Assembly (NCBI GenBank): GCA_965261605.1
Contig: OZ253466.1
Location: 1,440,819-1,504,818 of the forward strand
DNA from: Dehalococcoidia bacterium
GTDB lineage: Bacteria > Chloroflexota > Dehalococcoidia > Lucifugimonadales > UBA2985
DNA: 64,000 bases
Direction of reading: 5' to 3'
Positions within the stretch are counted from its first letter, which is position 1. Every line of letters starts with the position of its first letter. Shown here piece by piece: positions 37,648-46,616 of this stretch. Made by a program: the position numbers and the translations under genes. The notes below the pieces were generated by a model. That model was not told where the DNA came from. It saw only the letters and a list, made by a program, of their open reading frames with translations, and ran no database searches.

Positions 37648-38231
37648 ATGGGTCTGTACACTTACGTAGTAAGGTATGATCTGGGATTTGCTCCAAACCC
37701 ATATCATGGCTATTGCACACTAGCGGTCTGCATGACCAAGATACGCAAGGGAGTTAAGGTGGGAGATTGGGTATTAGGTACCGGCTCGGCACGTAAAGGC
37801 ATTCGTAGGGGAGGATACGCTGTCTATGCAATGCGGGTCACTGAAAAATTAAGTTTTGACCAGTATTGGATCGATAAGCGTTTCAGAAAGAAGCGTCCGA
37901 ACTTAGAGGCCTTACCCAAAAAGCTGCTGGTGACAATTTCTATTTCCGCGATCAAAAATCAGGCAAATGGCGTCAAATACCTGCATATCACTTAAACCAG
38001 ATGGAAAAAGACACAGCCGTTAACTGTGTGCTCATCAGCAACGATTTCGTATATTGGGGTGGTAGTGGGCCGCTGGTGCCTGAATTCCGTGGTGTAGACA
38101 TAGTCCATAGGAATAGTGGTCACAGCAACAAAAGGTTTAGCCCCGAGGTTGTCAAAGCGTTTGTCCGCTGGATTCGAGGTATTCAGAGCAGTGGCGAAAC
38201 CGGGCTTTGCGGGAAACCTTTGGGGAAATGA
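37648..38231 (+). pseudogene. Conserved hypothetical (possibly Nmad2-like) gene split by a 1-nt frameshift in an A5 run
   Basis: Frame 1: MGLYTYVVRYDLGFAPNPYHGYCTLAVCMTKIRKG...LEALPKK. Frame 0 continues AAGDNFYFRDQKSGKWRQIPAYHLNQMEKDTAVNCVLISNDFVYWGGSG... The junction is at cccaaaaagc (37915-37924). Confidence 0.6.
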
Positions 38232-38238
38232 GGGGAGT

Positions 38239-38523
38239 ATGGCCGTTTTCAATGCCAAGATTGGAGTCAGAGGCAAGAACGGGGGCGGCAGTGTAGAGGC
38301 GTCGGCTATGGTGGATACGGGAGCCACCGACACCGTGCTGCCGCCGTCGATACTCAGGAAAGTGGGTGTAGAAGTGGAGGCGAGGCGGCGATTCATCCTG
38401 GCCGATGGCAGCCATGTGGAGTTGGGGGTTGGTGAGGCGCGTCTATCCCTGAACAACCAGGAGTGGACCTGCCCGGTAGTCTTCGGGACAGATGAGGAGG
38501 AACCAAGGACATGCGAGAGTTAG
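38239..38523 (+). CDS. Retropepsin-like aspartic protease
   Basis: 94 aa from ATG 38239, with the catalytic signature MVDTGATDTVLP (D-T-G). Confidence 0.6.
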   Translation: MAVFNAKIGVRGKNGGGSVEASAMVDTGATDTVLPPSILRKVGVEVEARRRFILADGSHVELGVGEARLSLNNQEWTCPVVFGTDEEEPRTCES

Positions 38524-39271
38524 CGCATCGCATCGTACACGCGAGGAGGTTTGAGTACCTACTTGTTTTCCTCATCCTTGGAAGCGCGATATTACAGGGC
38601 GTTGCAATCTCTGTGCTACCTGAGGAAATTGGAACTTCTGACCAACCACTTGAGTGGTTCCACTACCTAATATTCACCTTTGCGATGTTCTGGCTCCTGA
38701 CGGTTGCAGTGCTCGTTTTGGAAGCGCTTCTCAAGATGATTGCGCTCTCGCCAAGGATCGACCGGTACTTCAGAAATGGTTGGAACGCCTTCGACTTCTC
38801 CGGGGTCTTTCGACCGTTCAGGACCTGCAGTTGATCCTGTCTACACTGTTCCGCTCCCTACCTGGCCTGGGACACATAGTGGTCCTGATGGGCATCGTCC
38901 TCTATTCGTTTGCTCTTGTTGGGTACTATACTTTTGGAGAGCACGACCCGGAAAACTGGGGAAGTTTGGGCGTTTCCATTTTGTCGCTGTTTCGAATGAT
39001 GACGCTGGATGACTGGGCCAAGATCATGCAACCTGCCGTCGAGTTGGAGCCGCTGGCGTGGGTCTATTTCGTCAGCTTTATCATTGTCAGTGCTTTCATT
39101 GTAGTGAATCTATTCATAGCCATTGTAATAAAAAATTTGGACGCAGCCATGCAGGAACACCCTCGATCGTTGAAAGCGCCCGCATCCAGGGAAGAAATCC
39201 TCCGGGAACTGCGCTCGACCCAGCAAGCGCTGCAGCGCCTGGAAGAACGCTTGCAGCAGCTCCCTGAGTAG
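38511..39271 (+). pseudogene. Bacterial voltage-gated (NaChBac/NavAb-like) cation channel with an out-of-frame internal deletion
   Basis: Frame A carries S1-S3 up to NGWNAFDF and then stops at 38834. Frame B carries RLLRGLSTVQDLQLILSTLFRSLPGLG, then S5, a pore helix with FRMMTLDDWAKIM, and S6. Most of S3-S4 is missing. Confidence 0.65.
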
Positions 39272-39316
39272 TCGTATATTGGTCCGGCCGGGCACACTCA
39301 CATCACGAGGTCAATA

Positions 39317-41792
39317 TTGAAGAGGTATTTATTCGTCGTCGTCTTGGCTCTAGCTGTTACGGCTGGTCTGGCCTGTCGCGATTCTGTGCCCACGCCAACT
39401 CAAACACTGGGGCCCGAGTTGACAGCGGCGCCGACCGCGACACCTACTTCTATTCCAATGCCCTCGCCCACCCCAACTGCTACTCCGACATCAACTCCGA
39501 TACCCGCGCCTGAGCCGACCCCGACCATTCCTTCAACGCCAATGCAGACACCCACGCCTACCCCGGCAGGAGAGCGGATAGACTGGACCCGGTGCGAATC
39601 ATCCGATCTTGAGTGCGGATTTATAGAAGTCCCCGCTGACTACCGTGACCCCGAGGCCGGCAGCATCAGAATTGCGGTCAACGTGCATCGGGCCACGTCT
39701 CCGCAGGAACGGATAGGTTATCTATTCTTCAATCCTGGTGGTCCGGGCGTGAGCGGAGTAGATTTTGTCAACTATCTTCCACTCCTAGGGTTCACAGATG
39801 AAATCGTCGCGCATTTCGACTTCGTCGGCTTCGACCCACGCGGAGTCGGAGCGTCCGAGCCTGCGTTCGCGTGTGGCGACCGCGGTGAGCAGCTCGCGCT
39901 GCTTGCCACGATTGACGGGAACATAGACACCCCCGACGAGATAGCGGCGGGGGAAGCGGCCGCCAACCTGTGCATCCAGTCAATGGGTCCGGTCGGCGGT
40001 CTGTTGCACAGCGAATATGTCGCCAGGGACATGGATGAAATACGCAAGGCCCAAGGCCCTAGGCGCCGATCAGATTTCCTACCTGGGATTCTCCTACGGG
40101 TCTGTGTTGGGGGTCTGGTATGCAACGCTCTTTCCCGAGTCGGTTAGGGCAATGGTTGTCGACGGCGCCGACAATCCGGTTGACCCGGCCGCCACCCAAC
40201 AGGAACGCATTGACGAGGCAATCGAGGAGGTCGCACCGTTAGCTGCCTTCCTGGAAAAGGCGCTGACAGCGTGCGCTGGTCCGGAATGCCCCATATACAA
40301 CGACGGCGACCCGGTTGACTACTTCAAGCAGGCTGCAGCGAAACTGGACCTTGTCAACGCTGCGGCGGACGATAATCCCGACGCGGGCCTAGCTGGGGTG
40401 ATCTCGACCCTGTACAGTGAGGAGGACTGGCCCGGCCTGTGGCAAGGCCTGTTCGAACTCAACGAGAACGACGACCCGTCTATTCTTCTCGATTTCGCCA
40501 GGAGAAACCTGCCCCCGGAACCCGACGCTGCCGACTTAACTGGCCACATCAATTGCCTAGACCGCTGGGTCTTGTATCCGGAATTGGACCGCACCATACA
40601 GCTGGACGACTCCATACCCATTGCCGCCACCATTGAGGAAATGTTCCCCTTGCTGGCGGCAATAGGGTTTCCCTTGGTGGCGGCAAGAGGCCCCTCGTTC
40701 CTCAGCCCCTGCCCGTTCTACGACCAGTTCGCCCCCGAACCGCTTGAGGGGACTCTCGACGGCGGAGGCGTGCCGATACTGGTAATCGGCAACCACTCCG
40801 ACCCTGTTACTTCGTTCAGTGAATCCGAAGAGCTCGTAACGGAGACGCTCAGCAACGGCTACCTGCTGGAAACCTCTCACTTTAAGCACACTGTCTACCC
40901 TGAGAACAACTGTGTTAACGACCATGTCCACAGGGCGCTGATTGACGGCGTTTACCCAAGTGAGCGTCGGCTCTTCTGCGAGGAGGAAGCCGGCCCAACT
41001 CCATCGGAGCCGACCGCCACTCCGGAGACTCCGCCGACCGGGGAGTTTGCCTCCGTCAGCGCCGGGGGAATCCACACCTGCGGCGTTAAGACCGACGGCT
41101 CGGTAGCCTGCTGGGGGTATGACGATTCTGGCCAGGCCACGCCACCGGCCGGGGAGTTTGCCTCCGTCAGCGCCGGGGGAGGCCACACCTGCGGTGTGAT
41201 GACCGATGGATCGGTGGCCTGCTGGGGCTATGATGATTCTGGCCAATCCACTCCGCCGGCCGGGGAGTTTGCCTCCGTCAGCGCTGGGGGATCGCACACT
41301 TGCGGCGTGATGACCGACGGCTCCATCGCCTGCTGGGGCATTGACATCTTTCGCCAGGCCACTCCGCCGGCCGGGGAGTTTGCCTCCGTCAGCGCCGGGG
41401 GATCGCACACCTGCGGGGTGATGACCGACGGCTCCGTCGCCTGCTGGGGCGATGGCGACTTTAGCCAGTCCACACCTCCGGCCGGGGAGTTCGCCTCCGT
41501 CAGCGCCGGTGGATTGCACACCTGCGGTGTGAAGACCGACGGCTCGGTGGCCTGCTGGGGCGATGGCGACTTTAGCCAGTCCACACCTCCGGCCGGGGAG
41601 TTCGCCTCCGTCAGCGCCGGTGTATCGCACACCTGCGGGGTGAAGACCGACGGCTCCATCGCCTGCTGGGGCAATGGCGACTTTGGCAAGTCCACACCTC
41701 CGGCCGGGGAGTTCGCCTCCGTCAGCGCCGGTGTATCGCACACCTGCGGGGTGAAGACCGACGGCGCCGTCGCCTGCTGGGGGGGCTACTAG
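39317..41792 (+). pseudogene. Lipoprotein alpha/beta-hydrolase (tripeptidyl-aminopeptidase-like) fused to RCC1-like repeats, disrupted
   Basis: Lipobox LAVTAGLAC, PT-rich linker, nucleophile GFSYGS, and seven 37-aa repeats. The frame is broken by the 7-bp tandem duplication at 40045-40058, and there is an in-frame TAG at 41790. Confidence 0.7.
40045..40058 (+). repeat. 7-bp tandem duplication (AAGGCCC)x2 causing a frameshift
   Basis: cgc aaggccc aaggccc taggc. Removing one copy gives [20 protein letters not shown] as one continuous frame. Confidence 0.85.
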
Positions 41793-41905
41793 TCGGCCAG
41801 TTCATGCTGACCGGCGGGGGTCGCCTCCGTCAGCGCCGGGGGATTGCACACCTGTGGGGCTACTGATGACGGCGACGTTCTCTGTTGGGGCGTGAAGACG
41901 CGGGG
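41040..41905 (+). repeat. Tandem 111-nt (37-aa) RCC1-like coding repeats: seven in frame plus an eighth beyond stop codons
   Basis: GGGGAGTT(T/C)GCCTCCGTCAGCGCC recurs at 41040, 41151, 41262, 41373, 41484, 41595 and 41706 (period exactly 111), with a degenerate copy near 41817. Confidence 0.9.
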
Positions 41906-42109
41906 CTGAGCTAGACAGGCCTGAAACGTACTCCCTCAGTTGGACCAGATAGGTTCCTCTGGCCAACCGAGGTCCTCCCTTGCCGGAGAGCGACAGATGA
42001 ACCCACGGCGGGGTCTACACGTGCAGAACGAACCTCAATGTGAAGGTTCTTGATTTTGTCTAGTTTGGTGGGCCAGAGTGTACCGTACTGCGAACTTTTC
42101 GGTGGGTGA

Positions 42110-43555
42110 TTACCCTGTGACTGCGAGTACCTGCCCCTTACTGCCCGCGTTCGAGCCGGTTCGGTGTAGAGCAGCATCCTCTACAGAGTCGCTTGGCACA
42201 TCTGCACCCAGTGCCGCTGTTGCGTCTGCGTCCCGACTGTGCCCGTTCGACGGTGATGACGACTCAGAGTAGGACAGTATCTGGGACAAGACCCGACCAT
42301 GTAGATAAGTGAAGTAAGTGGGGAACGCCTCCCCTACCAGATTCCGAACGAGGTAGGTCGTTCTATTCTCTCGTGCTCGTGTCCAGTCGTAGAACCTGGG
42401 AACGGTCTGTAGGTCGGCACACTCAAGGATGCTGAGAACCCTGTTCTCCCATGGATGAATTTTGAAGTCACTACCGACATGGCTTGAATTGGTAGTGATA
42501 GTGTACGCGGGCCTGCTGGGATTCATTCGTCGGTAGCTTGAGTGGAAGCCCCTAACCAATGACGGGGTCCCGTTTCTATCGACATACGGCCTGTTTCGCA
42601 TGATCCCGTTGCAAGAAGGGCATGTCGCCCAACCCTCTTCTACTGGCTGGTGATCGCACGAGGGACACATATCGTTCTCGTAGGCGCTCCGCCCAGAGTA
42701 CGGAGGAATTTGGCTGATCTGCTGGTAGCGGTCTGGGCCGTAAGCGGGAACGAAGTGCAGTGGGTGCGTACCATGCGCCGTGTCTTTGGACTTCGCGTCC
42801 AGCGGTTCGTACTTCATTGCTTCGAGCCATTGCCGCACACTCACCCACGATTGCATACCATTGGCCGGCTTCTCCTGGTGGGTCGGACTTGGCCAGGGAT
42901 GATGGTCTCGTGACAGCAATCGTTCGAGCCCTTGCTCGTCCTTGTGTATAGCCACGACCAATGCCCGCCTTCTGACCTGAGGTATGCCATAATCGGCCGC
43001 GTTCACCACCCCGGGAAACACTTTGTACTCGGGCAGAAGTTTGTGAAGAATATCAACTGCCGTGCCCTTTGTACCCTCGTACTCAACGTCGAGGGTCAAT
43101 ACCTGGCGAACGTTTTCGATGACGATTATCCTCGGCTTGAGTAGGCGTGCTATCGGGATGACTTCCAGCAACAGCCGGTTCTTTTCTTCCAGAGCCTTCG
43201 CCTGCGGCGTCTGCCGCTTGCCCCTACTTGGATTCGAGCTGCTCATGCCCTGGCACGGGGGAGTAGCTACCAGCAAGTCCAGCCGCCTGGTTGTGGACCG
43301 GCGATATGCCACCGTGATCGCACTCCCACTGTCGCGGGCGTCGCAAGTAAGCCACTGAGAAGTGGGGAAGTTATCGGCGCCAATGGCAGCTCGCCTCTGG
43401 TCGACCTCGACCTGGACGATGAAGCGGAACCCGGCCATCTCGTACCCCATGTCGCTCAAGCCGGCACCTGAGAATAGGGAAACGGCAGTCAAGTGGGCAT
43501 CATCCATCGGCCTTTCCCGTAGTATGAATTCACGAACGAGCTGGCTAGACACCAT
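42110..43555 (-). CDS. dcm: DNA (cytosine-5)-methyltransferase
   Basis: Motif I LFSGAGL, motif IV PPCQGMS, motif VI ENV, motif VIII QVRRRALV. Confidence 0.9.
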   Translation of the reverse strand: MVSSQLVREFILRERPMDDAHLTAVSLFSGAGLSDMGYEMAGFRFIVQVEVDQRRAAIGADNFPTSQWLTCDARDSGSAITVAYRRSTTRRLDLLVATPPCQGMSSSNPSRGKRQTPQAKALEEKNRLLLEVIPIARLLKPRIIVIENVRQVLTLDVEYEGTKGTAVDILHKLLPEYKVFPGVVNAADYGIPQVRRRALVVAIHKDEQGLERLLSRDHHPWPSPTHQEKPANGMQSWVSVRQWLEAMKYEPLDAKSKDTAHGTHPLHFVPAYGPDRYQQISQIPPYSGRSAYENDMCPSCDHQPVEEGWATCPSCNGIMRNRPYVDRNGTPSLVRGFHSSYRRMNPSRPAYTITTNSSHVGSDFKIHPWENRVLSILECADLQTVPRFYDWTRARENRTTYLVRNLVGEAFPTYFTYLHGRVLSQILSYSESSSPSNGHSRDADATAALGADVPSDSVEDAALHRTGSNAGSKGQVLAVTG

Positions 43556-44018
43556 CTTCTCCTATGTCGGAGGTAGGCTTCTCTAGAGAAGCAGCGTGTA
43601 TTACCGGAACCAGGCGGTCAACGGTCTCAGCGAGTTCCGCTTTGGTTCTGACTTCGTGCTCCGGAATACGAACCACTGTCCAGCCAGCGTCCGTAAGCCA
43701 TCTCGTGACTTGAAGGTCTCGGTCTCTATTGGCGCTTATCTTGTTCACCCAGAATTGGCCGCTCAGACCTGAGTGCTTGCGGCACTCGGGACAGCCGTGC
43801 CAGAAGCACCCGTCAACAAAGATAACAATCCTTTTTTTAGGTAATACCATGTCAGGGTTCCCGGGGAGTCGCTCACCTGTAACGGACTTGTAACCCTTGT
43901 GTGTAAAGTATCGCACCCCTCTGCGCCACAACCCCGACGCCAGTGCTCTCTCCGGTCGAGTTCTTCCTCGGTTGTGCGCCATCGCCTTGTGCCTCTGATG
44001 GGGCGTCATGATGTCCAT
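43545..44018 (-). CDS. vsr: Very short patch repair endonuclease
   Basis: ...TRPERALASGLWRRGVRY...PDMVLPKKRIVIFVDGCFWHGC...W.VVRIPEHE. Start placed at ATG 44018. Confidence 0.85.
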   Translation of the reverse strand: MDIMTPHQRHKAMAHNRGRTRPERALASGLWRRGVRYFTHKGYKSVTGERLPGNPDMVLPKKRIVIFVDGCFWHGCPECRKHSGLSGQFWVNKISANRDRDLQVTRWLTDAGWTVVRIPEHEVRTKAELAETVDRLVPVIHAASLEKPTSDIGEDGV

Positions 44019-44022
44019 TGGA

Positions 44023-45996
44023 CTAGGTATCGACCTCAGGGATAGTCTTATCGTTCTCTTCAACTGACGGGCTCCTGCTGACTCGCGTGACCTCTAACCA
44101 ACCGGTATGAAGTCGCTTGGTGTTCTCAATCACACTGTCCCATGTTTGAAACTCAAGCCTAACTTCTCTTACTTGCTCTAAGCTCCTTCTAGTCCTATCT
44201 GCCCTCTCAGTGTACCCACTAGCGACCATAAGGCCACTAACCGACGGAGGAGCAGTGTTTAAACTGTAGTTGGCGTAAACTCCGAGCACGTAGGAATGAA
44301 ACTTGTTGACCTCTTCTTCGCTCACCCTGTGTATGCTCCCGTTAGCTTTGACGCCTCGCTTGATCTCAACGACGAGTATCTCGTCGAAGGGAGCTGGTGC
44401 CTGCGGCCTCAAAATGAACAGGAAGTCTAGCCGTTGTCCAGTCTCGTCATCGAGAGTTGGTTCATAGTGTTCTTGTAAAGTCGCAGGGTCTATTTCGTCT
44501 CCTAGAAGGCTCCACCTCGGATCGAGAATCCAAGGGAATTCCTTGATGACGTTGTGTATTTCTGGAACCTCAGTGGCTCCCGCTTTTATTGCGGCACCTA
44601 GCCGGTCAATCGTGCCAAGCCTAGCTTGAATAATGCTGTAGTTCTTTCTGGCATCAATCAGTGAAAACTCTCGGACGAGTCCCCAAAAGTTGCTTTGAAA
44701 CCCTTCATCCTCAAATTGGACACGTTCCATGAGTTCCCGGACCGCCTTGTCCTTAAAACCATCGATTACTTCTACCATAAAATCGTGAACTTCACTTGGT
44801 TCAGGGTCCCCGATTTGAGATACTTTCCGTGCAATATCTCCGAGATGTCGCTGCTCGGTTGCAGTAAAATCCTTCAGCAATTCCAGGATGTCTGGAACGT
44901 CGATAGATTTTTCGGCTTTCTTCTGACGGAGGTTTTGTCGTTGAGACAAAGCCCAATTCAGCCTACGACGACCCCATTGCAATAGTTCCTGTACCCTGTC
45001 GTCTTCTAGCTGAAGCTGGTCCCGGTTTGTCTGGATCAAGTCGTCTTCAATATCAGTCCCAGTGTCCAACCAGTCCGCGACTACTTCACCAACTACATAC
45101 TCCTGCCCAAGTTGGCCTCTAACTCCTTGTGTGCGTTCGAACATAAAGGGTCTTTGGAGGAGTTTCCGTCGTCCGATAATAGAAATACCTCGCAAGTATT
45201 CCGCGTCCAATGGCTTCGGTGTAAAGCCGATCCACCAACGAACTTCTTTCCCGTCGGGCAATTGCTCTGTTCCCCACCCATCCTGTCCAACTACCACTGA
45301 ATATCCTGCGGGTGTGCCGTCCTTTGGGAATCGAAACTCTAAGTCCATGTCGAATCGTTGTAGTTGGTTCTCGTTGATGAATACAGTCATGTCAGTTTGG
45401 TCGATAGCGAAGCGGCGAGACATAGACCTCATGAACTGGTCTTCAGAAATGGCCCGCTTTAGCCGAAGACGCGACAGCCGAATCCTGGTTCCACTCGGAA
45501 GGTTCGATCCGTCTGGTGCGCCAAGCGGCCCTTGGGAGGCAGTTTCCTTCACCTCGCAATCGGCACCAGGGGCTGACCTCCGTATTTCTTGGTAATCGAG
45601 TTGAAACGACACTTCTTCGTCGCCACGTACCGAATAGCAGTCAAGTATTTCAGCTGTTCCGAAAGCCGCGAGCTTGCCTATCCCTTTGCGACCGTGAACT
45701 GGTCGGCCGCCCTGAGTTTGTCCTCCGTCCTGAAGCCGTCGCTTACGACCGACTATCAGGTATTGCGACTGGGCTTGTTCCCTGGTCATCCCATGGCCGT
45801 CGTCTAGAACTTCAATCTCGCCATCAGTGGTCCAAGACTGGCCGAAAGGGATCTTGACCCAAACGTTGTGGGCATCCGCATCCCATGCGTTAGATATGAG
45901 TTCAGCCACTGTCGCTGTAGCGCTTGGGTATAATTGGGCCCCCAATTGCTCGACAAGTGCCCCAACGAATTTTAGTTTGAGTGTCTCTTGAGCCAT
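44023..45996 (-). CDS. GHKL (HATPase_c_3 / paraMORC-like) ATPase fused to a C-terminal PD-(D/E)xK nuclease-like domain
   Basis: N box ELISNAWDA, G1 DDGHGMT, G2 GRKGIGKLAAFG. C-terminus EFPWILDPRW...GQRLDFLFIL...ILVVEIKRG. ATG 45996 is preceded by AGGAGG with a 5-nt spacer. Confidence 0.7.
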   Translation of the reverse strand: MAQETLKLKFVGALVEQLGAQLYPSATATVAELISNAWDADAHNVWVKIPFGQSWTTDGEIEVLDDGHGMTREQAQSQYLIVGRKRRLQDGGQTQGGRPVHGRKGIGKLAAFGTAEILDCYSVRGDEEVSFQLDYQEIRRSAPGADCEVKETASQGPLGAPDGSNLPSGTRIRLSRLRLKRAISEDQFMRSMSRRFAIDQTDMTVFINENQLQRFDMDLEFRFPKDGTPAGYSVVVGQDGWGTEQLPDGKEVRWWIGFTPKPLDAEYLRGISIIGRRKLLQRPFMFERTQGVRGQLGQEYVVGEVVADWLDTGTDIEDDLIQTNRDQLQLEDDRVQELLQWGRRRLNWALSQRQNLRQKKAEKSIDVPDILELLKDFTATEQRHLGDIARKVSQIGDPEPSEVHDFMVEVIDGFKDKAVRELMERVQFEDEGFQSNFWGLVREFSLIDARKNYSIIQARLGTIDRLGAAIKAGATEVPEIHNVIKEFPWILDPRWSLLGDEIDPATLQEHYEPTLDDETGQRLDFLFILRPQAPAPFDEILVVEIKRGVKANGSIHRVSEEEVNKFHSYVLGVYANYSLNTAPPSVSGLMVASGYTERADRTRRSLEQVREVRLEFQTWDSVIENTKRLHTGWLEVTRVSRSPSVEENDKTIPEVDT

Positions 45997-46010
45997 CAAT
46001 TCCTCCTGAC

Positions 46011-46616
46011 TCAACAAGCCCTTTCGAAATAGTCCAAGACATCGGTGTGTCTCACCACCCGCGCCCCTAAACCCCGCAGGTTAGCGTTCCCCGGGCTGTC
46101 CAGCGTCAGCATCGGCTTACCAGAGGCGGCGAGATTGCGAGCGAAGGCTTCCGTCTTGCTGCCAGGGGCGGCATGGGCGATGAAGACTTGGGCTGCTAGA
46201 TCGGCCACCAAGTCGTTGCGGCGAGCGGCGACATCCGCCTTTGGGCGGCGGACCGTCGCGGGGAAGGGCGAGAGGACCAGCAAGCGGTCTTCGTCTAGGG
46301 CTGTGCGCCAGTCGCGGGGGATGCGCATGTTGTCGATGCCCCGAGCGGGGCAGACGACCACTGGCTGCTCACCCCGGAGCAGCCAGCGCAGGCACTCCCG
46401 CTCCATCGGCGTTTGGAAGCCTCCGATGACCGGCACGCCGGCGTCGCGCATGGCCCTTGCGAGGTCGTAGGTCTTGAGGATGAGGTCGCCGGGGCAGCGG
46501 TTGGAGCAGAAGAGGGCCGTCAGCGGCTCGTCGAGCAGGCGCAGATTGCCCCGGGCCGCCGTATTCGGCGGCAGCGAAGTCATGGTCTGACAGCTACGGA
46601 CAGCGGGCGGTCTCAT
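46011..46616 (-). CDS. Stand-alone DprA/Smf-like (SLOG-fold) protein
   Basis: TALFCSNRCPGDLILKTYDLARAMRDAGVPVIGGFQTPMERECLRWLLRGEQPVVVCPARGI...LLVLSPF...RRNDLVADLAAQVFIAHAAPGSKT follows the DprA Rossmann pattern. ATGA overlap with the upstream gene. Confidence 0.6.
   Translation of the reverse strand: MRPPAVRSCQTMTSLPPNTAARGNLRLLDEPLTALFCSNRCPGDLILKTYDLARAMRDAGVPVIGGFQTPMERECLRWLLRGEQPVVVCPARGIDNMRIPRDWRTALDEDRLLVLSPFPATVRRPKADVAARRNDLVADLAAQVFIAHAAPGSKTEAFARNLAASGKPMLTLDSPGNANLRGLGARVVRHTDVLDYFERAC

Noticed and set aside
41040-41905. Regularly spaced repeats that might be taken for a CRISPR array
   Set aside because: The whole 111-nt period is repeated with no unique spacers. It is in frame and encodes RCC1-like blades inside a gene.
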